From: Escherichia coli | GTDB lineage: Bacteria; Pseudomonadota; Gammaproteobacteria; Enterobacterales; Enterobacteriaceae | NCBI RefSeq assembly: GCF_050920415.1 | Contig: NZ_CP169309.1 | Length of the DNA stretch: 64,000 nucleotides | Strand: one strand, 5' to 3' | Shown: positions 29,657-39,593 of the stretch, in pieces | Position numbering within the stretch: position 1 is the stretch's first letter | Layout of the letters: every line of letters starts with the position of its first letter | Notes under the pieces: model-generated | Database searches by the model: none | What the model saw: the letters and a program-made list of their open reading frames with translations, nothing else | Told to the model about the DNA's origin: nothing | Made by a program: the position numbers and the translations under genes

Positions 29657-31247
29657 CGCGATCGGTGTCGCTCATGGCCAGTTTTTGCAGGAACTCGAGT
29701 TTCACTTCGAGGCCAGAACTCTGGGACGGCAGGCTGTCATCGCCAGGCAGCGACGGCAGGTCGACATTTTTACGCTCCTCTTCCGGCACGGCGATCCACG
29801 GTTCGCTGATGGCTTCCGGTTCTGGTGTGATAACCGGCGCACGTACCGCCGTCAGTCGTTTCATCAGCGGGCGCACCACAAAGAACAGCAGCAACAGGGC
29901 CAGCAGGCCGCAGCCAATCAGCCGCACCCACGCCAGTACGCTGTCATCTTTCCACAGTGGAATAACCGGTTCGACAGGCACCGCCTGCGGCACAAAGTTG
30001 AGCAGTGATAAGGTGAGATTGTCACCACGCTGGGCGTCGATTCCGGCGGCATTGTTCAGCAACGCGGTCAGTTGCGTGGTTTGCTCCGGCTTCCAGTTTT
30101 TCAGCGCCGGGGCGTTTTGATTGAGCACCACCGCCACGTTGAGGCGTTTCACCGCAAAGCCGGGATGCTGAATATGCTGGACGCTGCGGTCGTAAGAGTA
30201 GTCGCGCTTACTTTCGCTGTGTTTGGAAAGCGCTTCCGGCGAGCGGTTTTCTTCCGCACCGTTGGTCATCTGATTCGCTGCAATCGGCGGACGGTTACTG
30301 AGCGAACCGGGCACGCCCATCGCCACCTGATTGGTGTCGCTGTCCAGCACGCTCTCTTCGCGGTTGATTTTCGGCGCGTCACCGTAGTGTTCCTGGGTTT
30401 CGTCGATGGTGCTGAGGTCGAGATCCGGCATCACGCTGACGCGGTAATTCCCGCTGCCAACCAGCGAATCCAGTACGTTCGCCACGCTGGCACGGGTTTT
30501 GTCCTGAATGTCTTTGAGGATCTGATCGCGTTTACGGGTCGCGGCAGAAACCGCCTCGCCCGCGCCAATGCCGTCGGTCAGCAGATTTCCCGCCTGATCG
30601 ACGACGCTGACTTTGCTGGCCTGTAGCCCTGGAATACTGCCGGACACCAGATGCACAATGGCGTTCACCTGGTCCATATTCAGTTTCGCGCCGTAATGCA
30701 AGCGCACCACCACCGAGGCACTGTTTTGCGGCTCATCGCTGACCACAAACGAGCTTTCTTCGTTAAGCGCCAGATGCACCCGCGCGCTCTCCACCGCGTC
30801 CAGCGACATGATGCTCTGCGCCAGCTCCCCTTCGAGACTGCGTTTATAGCGCACGTTCTGCATGAACTGACTGCTGCCGAGCACTTCGTCTTTGTCCATC
30901 AGCTCGTAGCCGCTGGGCAATATCGCCTGCACGCCTTTGGCGGCAAGGGTCATGCGCGTTTTCGACAGTTCGTCTTCCGGCACCAGTATCTGCCCGCTTT
31001 GCGGGTCGATGCGGTAGGTGAGCTTTTCGCCGTCCAGCACGGTGACAATCTGCGACACGGGCAGATTTTCCTGGCGTCCGTAGAGCGAGACGTAGCCGCG
31101 ATTCCCCGTCCACAGCACGCTAACGATAATCGCCGTTGCCGCAACGGCAAGCCCCACTCCCGCCATCAACGCCCAGCGTTTGTTATCTGCGAGACGCAGT
31201 CGAAACGCCGGAAACGCCTGGGTTAACTTCTTTATTTGTGCATTCAT
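29601..31247 (-). CDS. lfiF: Flagellar MS-ring protein FliF-like
   Basis: 548 aa; N-terminal membrane anchor, conserved ring-building core and C-terminal membrane span; 3' end overlaps the fliG start. Confidence 0.9.
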   Translation of the reverse strand: MNAQIKKLTQAFPAFRLRLADNKRWALMAGVGLAVAATAIIVSVLWTGNRGYVSLYGRQENLPVSQIVTVLDGEKLTYRIDPQSGQILVPEDELSKTRMTLAAKGVQAILPSGYELMDKDEVLGSSQFMQNVRYKRSLEGELAQSIMSLDAVESARVHLALNEESSFVVSDEPQNSASVVVRLHYGAKLNMDQVNAIVHLVSGSIPGLQASKVSVVDQAGNLLTDGIGAGEAVSAATRKRDQILKDIQDKTRASVANVLDSLVGSGNYRVSVMPDLDLSTIDETQEHYGDAPKINREESVLDSDTNQVAMGVPGSLSNRPPIAANQMTNGAEENRSPEALSKHSESKRDYSYDRSVQHIQHPGFAVKRLNVAVVLNQNAPALKNWKPEQTTQLTALLNNAAGIDAQRGDNLTLSLLNFVPQAVPVEPVIPLWKDDSVLAWVRLIGCGLLALLLLFFVVRPLMKRLTAVRAPVITPEPEAISEPWIAVPEEERKNVDLPSLPGDDSLPSQSSGLEVKLEFLQKLAMSDTDRVAEVLRQWITSNERIDNK

Positions 31248-31251
31248 AGGG

Positions 31252-31593
31252 TTAGATCGACATACTCATCAGATCGTTAAATCCGGTGGCGATTTTGTTG
31301 CGCACCTGCACCAGCGCGGAGAAAGAAAGCGACGCCTGCTGGCTGGCGATCATCGCCCCGGCGAGGTCATCACTTTTGCCCGTGTCGACAGCCGTTTGCT
31401 GCTGCTCCGCCACCTGCTGGAACTGGTCAACGTGACCGAGCGCGCCGGACATAATGCGATTAAACGACACGTCCGGGTCGGTGGAACTGAAGGTCATGGC
31501 GGGTAGCACTGGCGCCTGGGCGTTGGCCTGCATCCGCTGCACGTCCTGCATAATTTGCGCCTGCATGGTGCTGTTGATTGTGGTAATGCTCAT
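31252..31593 (-). CDS. lfiE: Flagellar basal-body protein FliE-like
   Basis: 113 aa; C-terminal …ASQQASLSFSALVQVRNKIATGFNDLMSMSI typical of FliE. Confidence 0.8.
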   Translation of the reverse strand: MSITTINSTMQAQIMQDVQRMQANAQAPVLPAMTFSSTDPDVSFNRIMSGALGHVDQFQQVAEQQQTAVDTGKSDDLAGAMIASQQASLSFSALVQVRNKIATGFNDLMSMSI

Positions 31594-31607
31594 TTTTAAC
31601 TTCCGGG

Positions 31608-32594
31608 TCAGGAGAAAACTTCGATACCGTGCTTGCGCATGGAGGCCAGTCGATAGCGCAGGGCGCGCGGGGTAATGCCTAACAAGTCGGCGATTTTGCT
31701 GCGGTTGCCCTGATATTTACGCATCAGGTCGGCGATATATTGATACTGCGCGCTTCGTCCGTGCTGGCCTAAATCACCGGTTTCGGCAATGTGGACGGCG
31801 GGCTGAACAGGCCATTGCAGATCGCTGTGGTCTGCAATATCGGTGTCCGGCAGGCCTAATGCATCCGGGTAAATTACGCCGTCGCGATTTAAAATCATTC
31901 CCCGCTGAATGGCGTTTTCCAGTTGACGCACGTTACCGGGCCAGCGGTAATTAAGCAGCGCGCGGCGGGTGGATTCGGACAGGGTGATATTTTTCACCAG
32001 TACCGTTGAGTATTTTTTAATAAATGACTCTGCCAGCGGAATAATATCGTTCAGGCGTTCACGCAGTGGCGGCATGGTAATAGGGATAACCGCCAGACGA
32101 TAATAGAGATCTTCACGAAAACGTCCGGCGGCAACTTCCTGCTCCAGGTTTTTATTGGTGCAGGCAATCAGGCGAAAATTGAGTTTGATTTGTCGGTTGC
32201 TGCCTAATCGCTCAACCTGTTGTTCCTGCAACACGCATAATATTTTGGCCTGTAGCGCCAGCGGCATTTCACCAATTTCATCGAGTAATAAGGTGCCGTT
32301 ATTTGCCAGTTCCATTTTTCCTGGCACGCTGGCAATTGCGCCGGTAAATGCACCTTTGTCGTAGCCAAATAACGTCGATTCCAGCATATTTTCCGGGATC
32401 GCCGCGCAGTTCACGCCGATATAGGGCGCATTATCATTTTCACCAAAGGCTACGGTGTGAATATATTTCGCCACGCACTCTTTCCCCGCGCCGGTTTCGC
32501 CCTGAATCAGGACCGGCACGTTAAAGGCGGCGACACGCTTTGCCAGAGTAAAAGCGTTTATGCTGGAGGCGGCAGATGCAATAAGTTCAGACAT
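31608..32594 (-). CDS. lafK: Sigma-54-dependent transcriptional activator LafK-like (AAA+ domain plus C-terminal HTH; no N-terminal receiver domain)
   Basis: 328 aa; Walker A GETGAGKE, GAFTGA sigma-54 contact motif, Fis-type HTH at the C-terminus. An in-frame stop 25 codons upstream of the ATG excludes an N-terminal extension. Confidence 0.85.
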   Translation of the reverse strand: MSELIASAASSINAFTLAKRVAAFNVPVLIQGETGAGKECVAKYIHTVAFGENDNAPYIGVNCAAIPENMLESTLFGYDKGAFTGAIASVPGKMELANNGTLLLDEIGEMPLALQAKILCVLQEQQVERLGSNRQIKLNFRLIACTNKNLEQEVAAGRFREDLYYRLAVIPITMPPLRERLNDIIPLAESFIKKYSTVLVKNITLSESTRRALLNYRWPGNVRQLENAIQRGMILNRDGVIYPDALGLPDTDIADHSDLQWPVQPAVHIAETGDLGQHGRSAQYQYIADLMRKYQGNRSKIADLLGITPRALRYRLASMRKHGIEVFS

Positions 32595-32711
32595 AGGGTG
32601 AACAATATAAGTAGCGACAATAATCAGGATGTTCTGAAGCGTATCACCGGCGGGATTAACAAGTTTGAATTAAACGATAATAAAAATATTATTTCATTTT
32701 AAACAATGAGT

Positions 32712-32800
32712 TAGAGTCGTATGGCGGATAAGGTTTTTACGCCGCATCCGGCAATTGTGCACCGGTGCCTGATGCGACGCTGCGCGTCTTATCAGGCCTA
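32712..32800. repeat. BIME in the divergent lafK / fliM control region
   Basis: atggcggataaggtttttacgccgcatccggcaa … ggtgcctgatgcgacgctgcgcgtcttatcaggcctac. Confidence 0.7.
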
Positions 32801-32980
32801 CAGGGCGTGCAATGTTTTATGACGATGCCCGATATCTCACCCTTTAATAATTTAATTATTTTTTCACCCTATTAATAATTTGCCCCTTTCACGCCCCGTC
32901 TATTTAATACCTCACCTTGTGTCACTGCCGGAATTGCGTGCACAAAAACGCCCATACCATTACAGCAGAGAAAGTAAGCC

Positions 32981-33832
32981 ATGCTGAAGTACAGTAAAAC
33001 GCCAGGCATCTTTAAATTAGAAGGTAATCGGCTCGGACGCCCCTACCATCGCCTGCCGACCCTGTTTACGGGGAATTTTGACGTGATTGATTCGCATCTC
33101 GGCAGCTACTTTCTCAAAAAGCATCGCAGCAATATCACTTTAAAAAAGATTGGCTGCGAAATGGATATTATTAATAAAAACGCCGAGTTGATGGTTTCCC
33201 AAGTCGGGCATCTGGCATTTGATATCGATCGCTCCTTATTGTTAATGCTGCTGGGCAATTTTTATGGTCTGGAGTCTTCTCTTGAAGAGGCAAAAGCCCA
33301 TAATGGCCTGCCGACCAAAACCGAAACACGATTAAAGAACCGACTCGCGCTGGATATCTGCACGCTGATATTTAATCTGCAAACCTCCGGTATTGCGCTG
33401 AAATTAAAGCTGGACAGCAGCACGGTAATTACCCACTGGGCGTATCAATTAACCTTTACCCTCGCGGGCGATGAAGAGAGCCGTTTTCGTATTTTGCTCG
33501 ACGATGCCCACACCGATTTTATTTTAAATCTGATCCGCCACAGTGAGCACAGTAAACCGCAGCAGGTGGCGAAATCCGTCAACAAGCCGGCACTGATTAA
33601 AGAGATCATCCGCTCTCTGCCGTTGACCCTGAACGTCAAAATCGCCGAGCTGTCGATGAATGTTGCCGATCTGGCGCAGATAAAAGCCGGAGATATTTTA
33701 CCCATCTCGCTGGGAGAAACGTTCCCGGTGGCGATTGGGCAATCTGAATTATTTAGCGCCCTGATTGTGGAAGACAAAGACAAACTGTTTTTGTCGGAGC
33801 TGGCGGGCAAAAATGAGAATAGCCATGAGTAA
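32981..33832 (+). CDS. lfiM: Flagellar motor switch protein FliM-like
   Basis: 283 aa; C-terminal FliN-like SpoA region (…AGDILPISLGETFPVAIGQSELFSALIVEDKDKLFL…). Confidence 0.85.
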   Translation: MLKYSKTPGIFKLEGNRLGRPYHRLPTLFTGNFDVIDSHLGSYFLKKHRSNITLKKIGCEMDIINKNAELMVSQVGHLAFDIDRSLLLMLLGNFYGLESSLEEAKAHNGLPTKTETRLKNRLALDICTLIFNLQTSGIALKLKLDSSTVITHWAYQLTFTLAGDEESRFRILLDDAHTDFILNLIRHSEHSKPQQVAKSVNKPALIKEIIRSLPLTLNVKIAELSMNVADLAQIKAGDILPISLGETFPVAIGQSELFSALIVEDKDKLFLSELAGKNENSHE

Positions 33833-34196
33833 GCAAGAAGATATTTTAACCGGGGATTTTGGCCTCACCGATGACGTTGCGCCTGTCACGAAACCCGCCG
33901 ACGCCGACACGCTGGTCACTCGCCTGGAAGACCGCTTTTCCGACTCGATGACGCTGCTGAAACGCATTCCGGTGACCTTAACGCTGGAAGTGTCGTCGGT
34001 GGAAATCATGTTAGCCGACCTGCTGAACATCGACGACGACACGGTGATTGAGCTGGATAAACTCGCCGGGGAGCCACTGGATATCAAAGTGAACAATATC
34101 CTGCTGGGCAAAGCGGAAGTGGTAGTGGTCAACGAGAAGTACGGCCTGCGCGTGCTGGAGTTTAACACCCGCGATATCAACGACCTGGCACCATGA
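33813..34196 (+). CDS. lfiN: Flagellar motor switch protein FliN-like
   Basis: SpoA domain (…VTLTLEVSSVEIMLADLLNIDDDTVIELDKLAGEPLDIKVNNILLGKAEVVVVNEKYGLRV…). Start uncertain: 33813, 33825 or the ORF track's 33765. Confidence 0.8.
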   Translation: MRIAMSKQEDILTGDFGLTDDVAPVTKPADADTLVTRLEDRFSDSMTLLKRIPVTLTLEVSSVEIMLADLLNIDDDTVIELDKLAGEPLDIKVNNILLGKAEVVVVNEKYGLRVLEFNTRDINDLAP

Positions 34197-34945
34197 AACG
34201 CCGCGCTCAACTGACGCTGGGCCTGGCGCTGCTGGCGCTCGCGCCGCTGGCAATCGCCCAGGGCGGTGATATTGCGCTGCTTAACGTGGTCACTCATGGC
34301 AACACTCAGGAATACAGCGTCAAAATCCAGGTTCTGATTCTGATGACCCTCGTCGGTTTGTTGCCGACGATGGTGCTGATGATGACCTGCTTTACGCGCT
34401 TTATTATCGTGCTTTCACTACTGCGCCAGGCGCTGGGGCTGCAACAAACGCCGCCAAACCGCATTCTGATTGGCATTGCGCTCTCCCTCACCCTGCTGGT
34501 GATGCGCCCTGTCTGGCTGAATATTTACGACCACGCGGTGGTGCCGTTCGAAAACGATCAGATTACCCTGACCGATGCGCTAAGCACCGCCGCGACGCCG
34601 CTGAAACGCTTTATGCTGGCGCAGACCGACAAAAAAGCGATGGCGCAAATCATGACCATCGGTGGCGCGAAGGGCAATGCCGCCGACCAGGATCTCTCCA
34701 TCGTGGTGCCCGCCTATGTGCTGAGCGAGCTGAAAACCGCTTTCCAGATTGGCTTTATGATTTACATCCCGTTTCTGGTTATCGACCTGATTGTCGCCAG
34801 CGTATTGATGGCGATGGGGATGATGATGCTGTCGCCGCTGATCGTTTCGCTGCCGTTTAAACTGATGCTGTTTGTGCTGATCGACGGCTGGTCGCTGACC
34901 ATCGGCACGCTCACCACCAGCATTCGCGGGCTGGGGCTGGGCTGA
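34193..34945 (+). CDS. lfiP: Flagellar export apparatus protein FliP-like
   Basis: 250 aa; signal peptide and conserved FliP membrane core (…MTCFTRFIIVLSLLRQALG…); ATGA overlap with the fliN stop. Confidence 0.9.
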   Translation: MKRRAQLTLGLALLALAPLAIAQGGDIALLNVVTHGNTQEYSVKIQVLILMTLVGLLPTMVLMMTCFTRFIIVLSLLRQALGLQQTPPNRILIGIALSLTLLVMRPVWLNIYDHAVVPFENDQITLTDALSTAATPLKRFMLAQTDKKAMAQIMTIGGAKGNAADQDLSIVVPAYVLSELKTAFQIGFMIYIPFLVIDLIVASVLMAMGMMMLSPLIVSLPFKLMLFVLIDGWSLTIGTLTTSIRGLGLG

Positions 34946-34947
34946 TT

Positions 34948-35220
34948 ATGTTGACCGTAGACGTAGCCGCCGACATTGTCGCCAGCGGCATTAAAGTAGT
35001 GATTTTGCTGGTTTCGGTACTGGTGGTGCCAAGCCTGCTCGTTGGCCTGCTGGTGAGCGTGTTCCAGGCAGTGACGCAGATTAATGAGCAGACACTGAGC
35101 TTTTTACCGAGGCTGATTGTCACGCTGGTGGTGCTGGGGGTGTGCGGTAAATGGATGATTATCCAGTTGCATGATCTCTGCATTCATCTGTTTACCCAGG
35201 CCGCGTTGCTGGTGCATTAA
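34948..35220 (+). CDS. lfiQ: Flagellar export apparatus protein FliQ-like
   Basis: 90 aa, two hydrophobic helices (…FQAVTQINEQTLSFLPRLIV…). Confidence 0.85.
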   Translation: MLTVDVAADIVASGIKVVILLVSVLVVPSLLVGLLVSVFQAVTQINEQTLSFLPRLIVTLVVLGVCGKWMIIQLHDLCIHLFTQAALLVH

Positions 35221-35221
35221 G

Positions 35222-36004
35222 ATGCGCACAAGCGACGTTACGCAACTGATGGATCTGGCGCTGGGGCTGTGGTTTCCCTTCGTGCGCATTATGGCGTTTC
35301 TGCGCTATGTGCCGGTGCTGGATAACAGCGCCCTGACCGTGCGCGTGCGGATTATTTTGTCGCTGGCGCTGGCAATCATCATCACGCCGTTGATCCCCCA
35401 TCCCATTCCCCACGACCTGCTTTCGCTCAATAGCCTGATCCTGACGGTGGAGCAAATTTTATGGGGCATGTTATTCGGGCTGATTTTTCAGTTCCTGTTT
35501 CTGGCGCTACAGCTGGCCGGGCAAATTCTCTCGTTCAATATGGGGATGAGCATGGCGGTGATGAACGACCCGAGCAGCGGCGCATCGACCACCGTACTGG
35601 CGGAGCTAATCAACGTTTACGCGATCCTGCTGTTTTTTGCCATGGACGGGCATCTGCTGCTGGTGAGCGTGTTGTACAAGGGCTTCACCTACTGGCCGAT
35701 TGGCAACGCCCTGCATCCGCAAACCCTGCGCACCATCGCGCTGGCCTTTAGCTGGGTGCTGGCGTCGGCATCGCTGCTTGCGCTGCCGACCACTTTTATC
35801 ATGCTGATTGTGCAGGGCTGCTTTGGCCTGCTCAACCGCATTGCGCCGCCGCTGAATCTCTTTTCACTTGGCTTTCCCATCAACATGCTGGCAGGGCTGG
35901 TCTGTTTTGCCACCCTGCTCTACAACCTGCCGGATCACTATCTGCATCTGGCGAATTTTGTGTTGCAGCAGCTCGACGCGCTGAAAGGTCACTATGGCGG
36001 ATAG
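35222..36004 (+). CDS. lfiR: Flagellar export apparatus protein FliR-like
   Basis: Start taken at the ATG just after the fliQ stop (MRTSDVTQLMDLALGLWFPF…), 260 aa, polytopic membrane protein. Confidence 0.8.
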   Translation: MRTSDVTQLMDLALGLWFPFVRIMAFLRYVPVLDNSALTVRVRIILSLALAIIITPLIPHPIPHDLLSLNSLILTVEQILWGMLFGLIFQFLFLALQLAGQILSFNMGMSMAVMNDPSSGASTTVLAELINVYAILLFFAMDGHLLLVSVLYKGFTYWPIGNALHPQTLRTIALAFSWVLASASLLALPTTFIMLIVQGCFGLLNRIAPPLNLFSLGFPINMLAGLVCFATLLYNLPDHYLHLANFVLQQLDALKGHYGG

Positions 36005-37133
36005 CAGCAGCGAAGAAAAAACAGAGAAACCTTCGGCGCAAAAGCTGCGTAAAGCGCGTGAAGAGGGACAACTGCCGCGCTCGAAGGATATGGGGCTGGC
36101 GGCGAGCCTGTTTGCGGCGTTTGTGGTGATCTCCAGCAGCTTCCCGTGGTATGCCGATTTTGTACGCGAGAGTTTTATCAGCGTGCATCAGTACGCGCAG
36201 GAGATTAATAACCCGGACGTTATCGGCCAGTTTCTGCGCCATCACCTGTTAATTCTCGGCAAGTTTATTCTCACCTTGCTGCCGATGCCCGCCGCCGCAC
36301 TGCTCTCCTCACTGGTGCCTGGCGGCTGGCTGTTCTTGCCGAAAAAAATCCTCCCGGATTTCAGCAAAATCAGTCCGTTAAAAGGCATTGGACGGCTGTT
36401 CTCCAGTGAACATCTTGCGGAAACAGGCAAGATGACGGCGAAGTCGGTGGTGGTGCTGGTGATGCTGTGGATTAGCCTGCGCAATAACTTTGCCGCCTTT
36501 CTCGGCCTGCAGGCGCTGCCGTTCAAACTGGCGATGAATGAGGGTTTGTCGCTCTACGCCAGCGTGATGCGCAACTTTGTCATCCTGTTTATTTTCTTCG
36601 CGCTTATCGACGTGCCGCTGGCGAAAGCCCTGTTCACCAAAGGGCTGAAGATGACTAAGCAGGAGCTGAAAGAAGAGTACAAAAATCAGGAGGGCAAGCC
36701 GGAAGTGAAAGCGCGTGTGCGGCGGCTGCAACGGCAGCTGGCGATGGGGCAAATCCGCAAAGTGGTGCCGAAAGCCAACGTGGTGATCACCAACCCGACC
36801 CACTACGCCGTGGCGTTGCAGTATGACCAGTCGCGCGCCGCCGCGCCGTTTGTAGTGGCAAAAGGTACCGATGAAATCGCCCTCTATATTCGTCAGGTCG
36901 CCACTGAAAATCAGGTGGAAGTGGTCGAGTTCCCGCGGCTGGCGCGCTCGGTTTACTACACCACCCAGGTGAACCAACAAATTCCGTTTCAGCTTTACCG
37001 GGCCATCGCCCACGTTCTGACCTACGTCCTGCAAATGAAACACTGGCGCGAGGGCGCACAGCCGCGCCCGGCCCTGAACAGACATATTTCCATTCCCAAA
37101 GAGGTGCTTAAACTGGATGGCGAAAACAACTAA
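35994..37133 (+). CDS. lfhB: Flagellar export switch protein FlhB-like
   Basis: 379 aa; N-terminal …EKTEKPSAQKLRKAREEGQLPRSKD… and the autocleavage NPTH motif (…VVITNPTHYAVAL…). Confidence 0.9.
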   Translation: MADSSSEEKTEKPSAQKLRKAREEGQLPRSKDMGLAASLFAAFVVISSSFPWYADFVRESFISVHQYAQEINNPDVIGQFLRHHLLILGKFILTLLPMPAAALLSSLVPGGWLFLPKKILPDFSKISPLKGIGRLFSSEHLAETGKMTAKSVVVLVMLWISLRNNFAAFLGLQALPFKLAMNEGLSLYASVMRNFVILFIFFALIDVPLAKALFTKGLKMTKQELKEEYKNQEGKPEVKARVRRLQRQLAMGQIRKVVPKANVVITNPTHYAVALQYDQSRAAAPFVVAKGTDEIALYIRQVATENQVEVVEFPRLARSVYYTTQVNQQIPFQLYRAIAHVLTYVLQMKHWREGAQPRPALNRHISIPKEVLKLDGENN

Positions 37134-39210
37134 ATCGTTCCTCGCGCTGCTGCGCGGCGGTAATCTCGGCGTACCGCTGGTGATCCTGTGTATTCTGGCG
37201 ATGGTTATTCTGCCGCTGCCACCTGCGCTGCTGGATATTCTGTTCACCTTCAACATTGTGCTGGCGGTGATGGTGCTGCTGGTGGCGGTGTCGGCGAAAC
37301 GACCGCTGGAATTCAGCCTGTTCCCGACCATTTTGCTGATCACCACCTTAATGCGCCTGACGCTCAACGTTGCTTCTACGCGCGTGGTGCTGCTGCACGG
37401 GCATCTCGGCGCGGGCGCGGCGGGTAAGGTGATTGAGTCGTTTGGTCAGGTGGTGATTGGCGGCAACTTTGTCGTCGGTTTCGTGGTGTTTATCATCCTG
37501 ATGATCATCAACTTTATCGTCGTCACCAAAGGGGCCGAGCGTATTTCCGAGGTTTCTGCCCGCTTTACCCTGGACGCGATGCCCGGCAAACAGATGGCGA
37601 TTGACGCCGATCTTAACGCCGGGTTGATCAACCAGGCGCAGGCGCAGACCCGCCGCAAAGATGTTGCCAGCGAGGCCGATTTCTACGGCGCAATGGACGG
37701 GGCATCGAAATTTGTGCGCGGGGATGCCATCGCCGGGATGATGATTCTGGCGATCAACCTGATTGGCGGCGTTTGTATCGGGATCTTCAAATACAACCTG
37801 AGCGCCAATGCCGCCTTCCAGCAGTATGTCCTGATGACCATTGGTGACGGGCTGGTAGCGCAGATCCCTTCCCTGCTGCTCTCTACCGCGGCAGCGATTA
37901 TCGTCACCCGCGTCAGCGACAACGGCGATATCGCCCATGATGTGCGCCACCAGCTGCTGGCAAGCCCGTCGGTGCTCTACACCGCCACCGGGATTATGTT
38001 CGTGCTGGCGGTGGTGCCGGGAATGCCGCACTTCCCGTTCCTGATGTTCAGCGCCCTGCTTGGTTTTACCGGCTGGCGAATGAGCAAACGCCCGCAGGCG
38101 GCGGAGGCGGAAGAGAAAAGCCTCGAAACGCTGACCCGCACCATCACCGAAACCAGCGAGCAACAGGTCAGTTGGGAAACCATTCCGCTGATCGAGCCCA
38201 TTAGTTTAAGCCTCGGTTACAAGCTGGTGGCGCTGGTGGACAAAGCGCAGGGTAATCCGCTCACCCAGCGGATTCGCGGCGTGCGGCAGGTGATTTCCGA
38301 CGGCAACGGCGTGCTGCTGCCGGAGATCCGCATTCGGGAAAATTTCCGCCTCAAGCCCAGCCAGTACGCCATTTTCATCAACGGCATTAAGGCTGATGAA
38401 GCGGATATTCCGGCGGATAAGCTGATGGCTCTGCCCTCCAGCGAAACCTACGGCGAGATTGACGGCGTGCTGGGGAACGACCCGGCGTATGGGATGCCGG
38501 TGACCTGGATTCAGCCCGCGCAGAAGGCGAAGGCGCTGAATATGGGGTATCAGGTGATCGACAGCGCCAGCGTAATTGCCACACATGTGAATAAGATTGT
38601 GCGCAGCTATATTCCTGATTTGTTTAACTATGACGATATTACTCAGCTGCATAACCGTTTGTCGTCGATGGCACCGCGCCTGGCGGAGGATTTGAGTGCG
38701 GCGCTGAATTACAGCCAGTTGCTGAAAGTGTACCGGGCACTGCTGACCGAAGGCGTTTCCCTGCGCGATATCGTCACCATCGCCACCGTGCTGGTCGCCA
38801 GTAGTACCGTCACCAAAGATCATATTCTGCTGGCGGCCGATGTGCGCCTGGCACTGCGGCGCAGCATTACCCATCCGTTCGTTCGCAAGCAGGAGCTGAC
38901 GGTGTATACGCTGAATAATGAGCTGGAAAACCTGCTGACCAACGTGGTGAATCAGGCGCAACAGGCTGGCAAAGTGATGCTCGATAGCGTGCCGGTGGAC
39001 CCGAATATGCTCAACCAGTTCCAGAACACGATGCCGCAGGTGAAGGAGCAGATGAAAGCCGCAGGTAAAGACCCGGTGCTGCTGGTGCCGCCGCAGCTGC
39101 GCCCATTGCTGGCGCGTTATGCGAAGTTGTTTGCGCCGGGGTTGCATGTGCTGTCGTATAACGAAGTGCCGGACGAGCTGGAGTTGAAGATTATGGGGGC
39201 GTTGAGTTGA
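37117..39210 (+). CDS. lfhA: Flagellar export gate protein FlhA-like
   Basis: 697 aa; conserved N-terminal membrane domain (…FPTILLITTLMRLTLNVASTR…) and large cytoplasmic C-terminal domain. Confidence 0.9.
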   Translation: MAKTTKSFLALLRGGNLGVPLVILCILAMVILPLPPALLDILFTFNIVLAVMVLLVAVSAKRPLEFSLFPTILLITTLMRLTLNVASTRVVLLHGHLGAGAAGKVIESFGQVVIGGNFVVGFVVFIILMIINFIVVTKGAERISEVSARFTLDAMPGKQMAIDADLNAGLINQAQAQTRRKDVASEADFYGAMDGASKFVRGDAIAGMMILAINLIGGVCIGIFKYNLSANAAFQQYVLMTIGDGLVAQIPSLLLSTAAAIIVTRVSDNGDIAHDVRHQLLASPSVLYTATGIMFVLAVVPGMPHFPFLMFSALLGFTGWRMSKRPQAAEAEEKSLETLTRTITETSEQQVSWETIPLIEPISLSLGYKLVALVDKAQGNPLTQRIRGVRQVISDGNGVLLPEIRIRENFRLKPSQYAIFINGIKADEADIPADKLMALPSSETYGEIDGVLGNDPAYGMPVTWIQPAQKAKALNMGYQVIDSASVIATHVNKIVRSYIPDLFNYDDITQLHNRLSSMAPRLAEDLSAALNYSQLLKVYRALLTEGVSLRDIVTIATVLVASSTVTKDHILLAADVRLALRRSITHPFVRKQELTVYTLNNELENLLTNVVNQAQQAGKVMLDSVPVDPNMLNQFQNTMPQVKEQMKAAGKDPVLLVPPQLRPLLARYAKLFAPGLHVLSYNEVPDELELKIMGALS

Positions 39211-39241
39211 TTGAGGATTCTTTTCCATACTTTGCAGCACC

Positions 39242-39302
39242 TGACACCATTAATTGACGTCACACTGCAAAGAGACTACGATGACACCATACAATGACGT
39301 CA
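39242..39302 (+). promoter_or_regulatory. Two direct copies of a 21-bp palindrome-containing motif plus a sigma-70-like promoter upstream of the HicA-like gene (candidate operator)
   Basis: tgacaccattaattgacgtca (39242-39262) and tgacaccatacaatgacgtca (39282-39302), each with TGACGTCA; -35 TTGACG at 39254-39259 and -10-like TACGAT at 39277-39282 (17-bp spacer). The second copy overlaps the -10 and ORF start. Confidence 0.45.
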
Positions 39303-39593
39303 TGGATTGATAGTATGATTAAGGTCAGCGCGCTAGGCTCTCGTCATAGAAAAACATTCGACGATGTAATGACGGAGCCGCCAAAATCTGGAATTAAATG
39401 GGATGATGTTGTTGCTCTCATTAAAGCGGTGGGTGGATCAATAAAAAATAACAACGGCTCCAGACGAAAATTTCAGATTGGAACGACCAAATTCAGCACA
39501 CATGAGCCGCATCCAAAGAATGTGATGGATAAAGGCGCAGTAGCAGGTCTTAAGGAGTGGTTTGTTAACTGTGTAGGGGTAGATTATGAATAA
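39294..39593 (+). CDS. HicA-like toxin (mRNA interferase family), putative
   Basis: 99-aa ORF (alternative start 39315); C-terminal half (…NGSRRKFQIGTTKFSTHEPHPKNVMDKGAVAGLKEW…) resembles the HicA pattern as I recall it; 8-nt overlap with the downstream gene. Confidence 0.45.
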   Translation: MTSWIDSMIKVSALGSRHRKTFDDVMTEPPKSGIKWDDVVALIKAVGGSIKNNNGSRRKFQIGTTKFSTHEPHPKNVMDKGAVAGLKEWFVNCVGVDYE

